Source: Pseudomonadota bacterium
GTDB taxonomy: Bacteria; Pseudomonadota; Gammaproteobacteria; Burkholderiales; Burkholderiaceae_C
Length of the DNA: 64,000 nucleotides
Assembly: GCA_021847345.1 (NCBI GenBank)
Contig: JAJZTW010000003.1
Span: 38,528 to 102,527, forward strand
Direction: 5' to 3'
The stretch's first letter is position 1; each line of letters starts with the position of its first letter. The position numbers and the translations under genes were made by a program. The notes under the pieces are model-generated. The model was not told the DNA's origin. It ran no database searches and saw nothing but the letters and a program-made list of their open reading frames with translations. Below, piece by piece: positions 59,580-64,000 of this stretch.

Positions 59580-60041
59580 ATGCCCGAAACCCCTTCCTCG
59601 CGCCGCCGCATGCTGATCGCCTCCGCATCGGCCGGCGCCGCCACGCTGGCGGCGGCCGCCCCGGCAACGGCCGCACCGACCCAGGCGCCGGTGCGCGTGG
59701 TCTACCACATCACCCAGGGCAATGCGCAGGCATCGCGCGCGATGAGCAATGTGCGCAACCACCTCGCAGCCGACCCTACGGCCCGCATCGTGGTCGTCGG
59801 CAACGGTGCCGGCATCGATTTCATGCTCAGCGGAGCCAAGGACGACCAGGGAGCCGAATACGCCGGCAACATCGGCGACCTCGCCTCGCGCGGCGTGTCC
59901 TTCCGGGTGTGCGAGAACACCCTCAAAAGCCGCAAGATCTCCAAGGACCGCGTGCTGCTCGACGCCACCACCGTGCCGTCGGGCGTGGTCGAGGTGGCCG
60001 ACCTGCAATTCCGCGATTCCTACGCCTACATCTCGCCCTGA
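59580..60041 (+). CDS. DsrE/DsrF-like protein with twin-arginine signal (paralog 2)
   Basis: GGAG precedes the ATG. It has a Tat-like SRRRMLIASASAGAATLAAAAP segment. The core is collinear with paralog 1, with its Cys in RVCENTL and a similar C-terminus (YAYISP versus WHYIKP). Confidence 0.6.
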   Translation: MPETPSSRRRMLIASASAGAATLAAAAPATAAPTQAPVRVVYHITQGNAQASRAMSNVRNHLAADPTARIVVVGNGAGIDFMLSGAKDDQGAEYAGNIGDLASRGVSFRVCENTLKSRKISKDRVLLDATTVPSGVVEVADLQFRDSYAYISP

Positions 60042-61375
60042 GCCCCGCCGATACCGCCCCGCAGGCGCCGCGCGCACTGCACCACGACCTGCTCTGCGCG
60101 GCCGAGCTGCTCGGCTGCGTGCTGCGCGGTGAGTCGCTGTCGGCCGCGCTGCCGCGCCTGAGCGCGCAGCACGCATGGAACGCGGCACAGCGCGGCGCTG
60201 CGCAGGCGCTGGGCTTCGAGGCCCTGCGCGGACTCGGGCGCGCACGCGCGCTGCTGGAGCTGCTGCACCCGAGGCGCATCAAGCCGGCGCTCCTCGAACA
60301 GCTGCTGCTGGTGGCGGTGGCGCTGATGAGCCTTCCCGAGCCACGCCCCTACGCCGACCACACGCTGGTGTTCGAAGCCGTTCGCGCGTGCTCCACGCAT
60401 GTGCGCACGCGTGCCGCGCGCGGCCTGGTCAACGCGCTGCTCAGGCGCCTGCAGGCGCAGCGCACGGCCCTCGAGGCCCAGGTGATGCAGCAGCCCGAGG
60501 CGCGCTGGAACCACCCCGCATGGTGGATCGATGCGCTGCGCGCGGCCTGGCCGGACGACTGGCAGCACGTGCTCGAGCTGGCGGCCCGGGTACCGCCGAT
60601 GAGCCTGCGCGTGAATGCGCGCTGGGGAAGCCGCGAACACTATGCCGAACGGCTGCGCACCGCCGGGCTGAGCGCGGTGGCCCCCGAAGAGCCCGGGCTC
60701 GAGCAGGCGCTGGTGCTCGAGCGCGCGCTGCCCGTGCACCAGCTGCCGCTGTTCGACCAAGGCGCGGTGAGCGTGCAGGACCTGTCGGCGCAGCTTGCCG
60801 CCGGGCTGCTGCATGCGCAGGCCGGCATGCGCGTGCTCGACGCCTGCGCCGCCCCCGGCGGCAAGACCGCGCATATCCTGGAGCGAGCCGACTGCGAACT
60901 GCTGGCGCTGGAACGCGACCCCGATCGCGCCGGGCGCATCGCCGACACCCTGGAGCGCCTGCACCTGCCTCAGGCCGAGGTGCGCGTGGCCGATGCCGCG
61001 CAGCCCGGAACCTGGTGGGACGGACGTCCCTTCGACCGCATCCTGCTCGACGCGCCGTGCAGCGCCAGCGGCATCAGCCGCCGCCACCCGGACATCCGCT
61101 GGCTGCGCCGGCCCGGCGACATCCCGGCGCTGGCGGCCCAGCAGCACGCGCTGCTGGAGGCCCTGTGGCCGCTGCTGCGCCCGGGCGGACGCCTGGTGTA
61201 TGCCACCTGTTCGCTGTTCCCCGCCGAAGGCGTGGAACAGGCCGCAGGCTTCCTGGCGCGCCATGCCGATGCGCTAGCATTGGTCGCGCCCGGGCAGATC
61301 CTGCCGGGCCGTTCTCCCGAGCGCGACGGCTTCTTCTATGCTGTGTTCGCCAAGCGTACCGATGACCCCGCATGA
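60038..61375 (+). CDS. rsmB: 16S rRNA (cytosine(967)-C5)-methyltransferase
   Basis: It has a NusB-like N-domain, SAM motifs (VLDACAAPGGKT, ILLDAPCSASG) and the catalytic Cys region (VYATCSL). No ATG or GTG lies upstream of the conserved N-terminus. The 5' limit given is a CTG overlapping the upstream stop, so the start is unresolved. Confidence 0.8.
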   Translation: MSPADTAPQAPRALHHDLLCAAELLGCVLRGESLSAALPRLSAQHAWNAAQRGAAQALGFEALRGLGRARALLELLHPRRIKPALLEQLLLVAVALMSLPEPRPYADHTLVFEAVRACSTHVRTRAARGLVNALLRRLQAQRTALEAQVMQQPEARWNHPAWWIDALRAAWPDDWQHVLELAARVPPMSLRVNARWGSREHYAERLRTAGLSAVAPEEPGLEQALVLERALPVHQLPLFDQGAVSVQDLSAQLAAGLLHAQAGMRVLDACAAPGGKTAHILERADCELLALERDPDRAGRIADTLERLHLPQAEVRVADAAQPGTWWDGRPFDRILLDAPCSASGISRRHPDIRWLRRPGDIPALAAQQHALLEALWPLLRPGGRLVYATCSLFPAEGVEQAAGFLARHADALALVAPGQILPGRSPERDGFFYAVFAKRTDDPA

Positions 61376-61989
61376 GTCCGCCGCAGGCCCCTGACACGAC
61401 ACGCCGCCGCGTCCTGGCCGCCGCCAGCGTCGGCGCGGGCGTGGCGTTGCTGCGCGCCTGGACCCCGGCGCGCGCCGCCACCGTGTACGCCCAGCCGCCG
61501 ACGCTCGAGCTCGAAGCCGACGGCGTGTATGCCAGCGCGTCGGTCGTGTTCGCGCTGCCGGTGGCACTGGAGGATGCGCTGCGGCGCGGCATCCCGCTGT
61601 ATTTCCTCACGCGCCTGAATGTCACGCAGTCGCGCTGGTGGTGGTTCAACGCCGGCATCGGCGAGGGCCAGCAGCTCACGCGCCTGGGATACGAACCCCT
61701 GCTGGGCAAGTACCGCGTATCCACGGGGGCGCTGCGCACCAGCTACTCCTCCCTCGACGAGGCCCTCAACCAGGTGCAGCACGTCTCGCGCCTGAAGGTC
61801 GCCGACGCACAGGCCCTCAAGCGCGGCGAGACGTACTCGGTGGGCGGGCATTTCGAACTCGACCTGTCGCAACTCCCCCGCCCCTTCCAGCTCAACGTCG
61901 GCTCCCAATCCGAGTGGCAGCTCGAGGCGGACTTCCCCAGCGTCAGCTTCACATGGACTCCCAGACCGTCAACCGCGCCACCCGGATAG
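61372..61989 (+). CDS. DUF4390-like periplasmic protein
   Basis: It has a Tat/Sec-like signal (TRRRVLAAASVGAGVALL) and overlaps rsmB as ATGA. It occupies the rsmB-X-ntrY position typical of Burkholderiales. Confidence 0.6.
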   Translation: MSPPQAPDTTRRRVLAAASVGAGVALLRAWTPARAATVYAQPPTLELEADGVYASASVVFALPVALEDALRRGIPLYFLTRLNVTQSRWWWFNAGIGEGQQLTRLGYEPLLGKYRVSTGALRTSYSSLDEALNQVQHVSRLKVADAQALKRGETYSVGGHFELDLSQLPRPFQLNVGSQSEWQLEADFPSVSFTWTPRPSTAPPG

Positions 61990-64000
61990 CGTCGTGGACG
62001 GCGCTGGCGGCCGGCCTGCCGCTGGTGGTGTTCCTGGTGTTCCTGCTCGCGGTGTCGACCAAGAACACCGCCGAGGTGAACCCCTACTTCGGCGTCCTGT
62101 ACTGGATCAACATCGCGGTCGCCGGGTTGCTGCTGCTGCTCATCCTCGGCCTGTCGCTGCGCCTGCTGTGGCGCCTGCGCAAGCGACGCTTCGGCAGCCG
62201 CCTGCTGTTCAAGCTGGCCATGGTGTTCACGCTGGTCGGCGTGCTGCCGGGAATGGTCATCTACGTCGTGTCCTACCAGTTCGTCGCGCGCAGCATCGAG
62301 ACCTGGTTCGACGTCAAGGTCGAACGCGCCCTGACGTCGGGCCTGAACCTCGGGCGCACGACCCTCAACGTGCTGCTGGCCGACCTCAGCACCAAGGCGC
62401 GCAACGTGGCCGCGCAACTCGTCGACAGCCACGGCGACGTGCAGCCGGTGGCGCTGGAGCAGCTGCTGCAGCAGCTCAGCCTGGAACAGGCCACGGTGTT
62501 CGACGGCAACGGCACGGTGCTGGCCAGCGCCGGCGGCAACCCCTTCGCGCTGGTCCCCGACCTTCCCAATGCCGAGGCGATGCGCCAGTTGCGCCTGATG
62601 GGCCAGCTCGCCAGCGTCGAAGGCGACGAGGACGGCGTGGCCGGCTCGCGCGACCAGCTGCGTCTGCGCGTGGTGATTCCGCTGCCCAACCGCAGCCTGC
62701 TGCTGCCCGGGCATCAACGCTACCTGCTGCTGGTGCAGAACGTTCCCGGAGCGATCTCGCGCAGTGCGCTCGAGGTGCAGCGGGCGTACGCCGAATACCA
62801 GGAACGCGCGCTGGGCCGCGACGGGCTGCGGCGCATGTACATCTCCACGCTCACGCTGACCCTGTTCCTGGCCGTGTTCGCCGCCGTGCTGATGGCCGTG
62901 CTGCTGGGCAACCAGCTCGCCAGCCCGCTGCTGCTGCTGGCCGACGGCATGCGCGCGGTGGCCGGCGGCGACCTGCGCCGGCGCCCGGAAGCGCGCTCGA
63001 GCGACGAACTGGGCACGCTGACACGCTCGTTCAACGCCATGACCGCGCAACTGGCCGACGCCCGCCAGCAGGCCGAGGCCAGCCGCCAGGCGCTGGAAGC
63101 GTCGCGCGCGTACCTGCAAAGCGTGCTCGACAACCTGTCCGCCGGCGTGCTGGTGCTGGGCGACCAGCTGCGCCTGACGCTGGCCAACCCCAGCGCGACG
63201 CGGGTGCTGCGCGTGGCCGTGCAGGGCTCGGTGGGGCAGCCCATCGCCGGCGTCGCCGGGCTGGAGTCCTTCGCCGCCGAGATCGAGGCCGCGTTCCACG
63301 AACTCGGCCCCGGCAGCGGCGACCACTGGCTGCGCCAGCTCGACTACACCCCGCCGGGAAGCGACACCGCGCTGACCCTGCTGGTGCGCGGCGCGCGCCT
63401 GATGCTGCCCACGCAAAGCGCCGCGGTGGTGGTGTTCGACGACATCAGCGAGCTCATCTCGGCCCAGCGCTCGCTGGCCTGGGGCGAGGTGGCGCGACGC
63501 CTGGCGCACGAGATCAAGAACCCACTCACGCCCATCCAGCTGTCGGCCGAGCGCCTGCAGATGAAGCTCGAGCCGCGCCTGAGCGGAGCCGACCGCGACA
63601 TGCTCACCCGCGCCACCGGGACCATCGTCAACCAGGTCACCGCGATGCGCCGCATGGTCGACGAATTCCGCGACTACGCGCGCGCTCCGGTCACGCATCT
63701 GGCGGTCATGGACCTCAACGCGCTGGTCGGCGACGTGCTCAACCTCTACGTCGCGCAATCCGCGCACATCCACGCCGAGCTCGCGCCGGCGCTGCCGAGC
63801 ATCGAGGGCGATGCCGCGCAACTGCGGCAGGTGGTGCACAACCTGGTGCAGAACGCGCTGGACGCGATCAGCGGCCAGGACGACGGCACTGTCACGATAC
63901 GAACGCAAACCTATCTCTCGACCAACAGCGGCGCGCAACGCGTGCGCCTGTCGGTCAGCGACACCGGGCCCGGATTCAGCGATAAAGTGCTGAGCCGAGC
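61953..64000 (+). CDS. ntrY: NtrY-like sensor histidine kinase (3' end beyond the window)
   Basis: This gene is not in the ORF track because it has no stop in the window. My own translation from ATG 61953 reads MDSQTVNRATRIASWTALAAGLPLVVFLVFLL, followed by TM helices and a HAMP-like region. The same frame contains the H-box (HEIKNPLTPIQLSAERL, at 63507), the N-box (VVHNLVQNALDA) and DTGPGF. Confidence 0.85.
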   Translation, partial: MDSQTVNRATRIASWTALAAGLPLVVFLVFLLAVSTKNTAEVNPYFGVLYWINIAVAGLLLLLILGLSLRLLWRLRKRRFGSRLLFKLAMVFTLVGVLPGMVIYVVSYQFVARSIETWFDVKVERALTSGLNLGRTTLNVLLADLSTKARNVAAQLVDSHGDVQPVALEQLLQQLSLEQATVFDGNGTVLASAGGNPFALVPDLPNAEAMRQLRLMGQLASVEGDEDGVAGSRDQLRLRVVIPLPNRSLLLPGHQRYLLLVQNVPGAISRSALEVQRAYAEYQERALGRDGLRRMYISTLTLTLFLAVFAAVLMAVLLGNQLASPLLLLADGMRAVAGGDLRRRPEARSSDELGTLTRSFNAMTAQLADARQQAEASRQALEASRAYLQSVLDNLSAGVLVLGDQLRLTLANPSATRVLRVAVQGSVGQPIAGVAGLESFAAEIEAAFHELGPGSGDHWLRQLDYTPPGSDTALTLLVRGARLMLPTQSAAVVVFDDISELISAQRSLAWGEVARRLAHEIKNPLTPIQLSAERLQMKLEPRLSGADRDMLTRATGTIVNQVTAMRRMVDEFRDYARAPVTHLAVMDLNALVGDVLNLYVAQSAHIHAELAPALPSIEGDAAQLRQVVHNLVQNALDAISGQDDGTVTIRTQTYLSTNSGAQRVRLSVSDTGPGFSDKVLSR

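Overview
This is a very GC-rich stretch of core chromosome; I judged GC by eye and did not compute it. The gene order looks like Burkholderiales-type Betaproteobacteria: fur/bamE/dapB, lptA-lptB-rpoN-hpf-ptsN-hprK, rsmB-DUF4390-ntrY, and a complete atpIBEFHAGDC operon. About 70 genes can be supported. They include bioA-bioD-bioF, cydABX, ssb/uvrA (divergent), one tRNA(CAT), rmlA-rmlC, miaB, hemJ/hemB (divergent), argS, dsbA, proA and amt. Many very long ORFs in the six-frame track (1221, 1620, 1230, 954, 867, 696 and 731 aa) are antisense or off-frame artefacts of the high GC content and I do not call them. One real gene, an NtrY-like sensor kinase at 61953 to the window end, is missing from the track because it has no stop codon inside the window. 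I found no integrase, transposase, CRISPR array, toxin-antitoxin pair or recognisable defence system, so I cannot honestly claim a large novel system. Four loci are most worth follow-up. (1) An orphan intrinsic terminator with two upstream hairpins carrying CCUCCC (anti-Shine-Dalgarno-like) motifs lies on the minus strand of the hemJ-hemB spacer, next to four 14-bp tandem repeats; it is a candidate sRNA or attenuator. (2) An orphan cysteine-rich envelope protein has an in-frame 9-bp repeat encoding (HPN)5. (3) A trio of one small membrane protein and two signal-peptide-bearing DsrE-like paralogs follows proA. (4) A same-strand cluster links DUF1840, an insert-bearing MFS transporter, an ABC importer with no binding protein, and a TMEM175-type K+ channel. 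All functional calls rest on motif recognition by eye, not on database searches.
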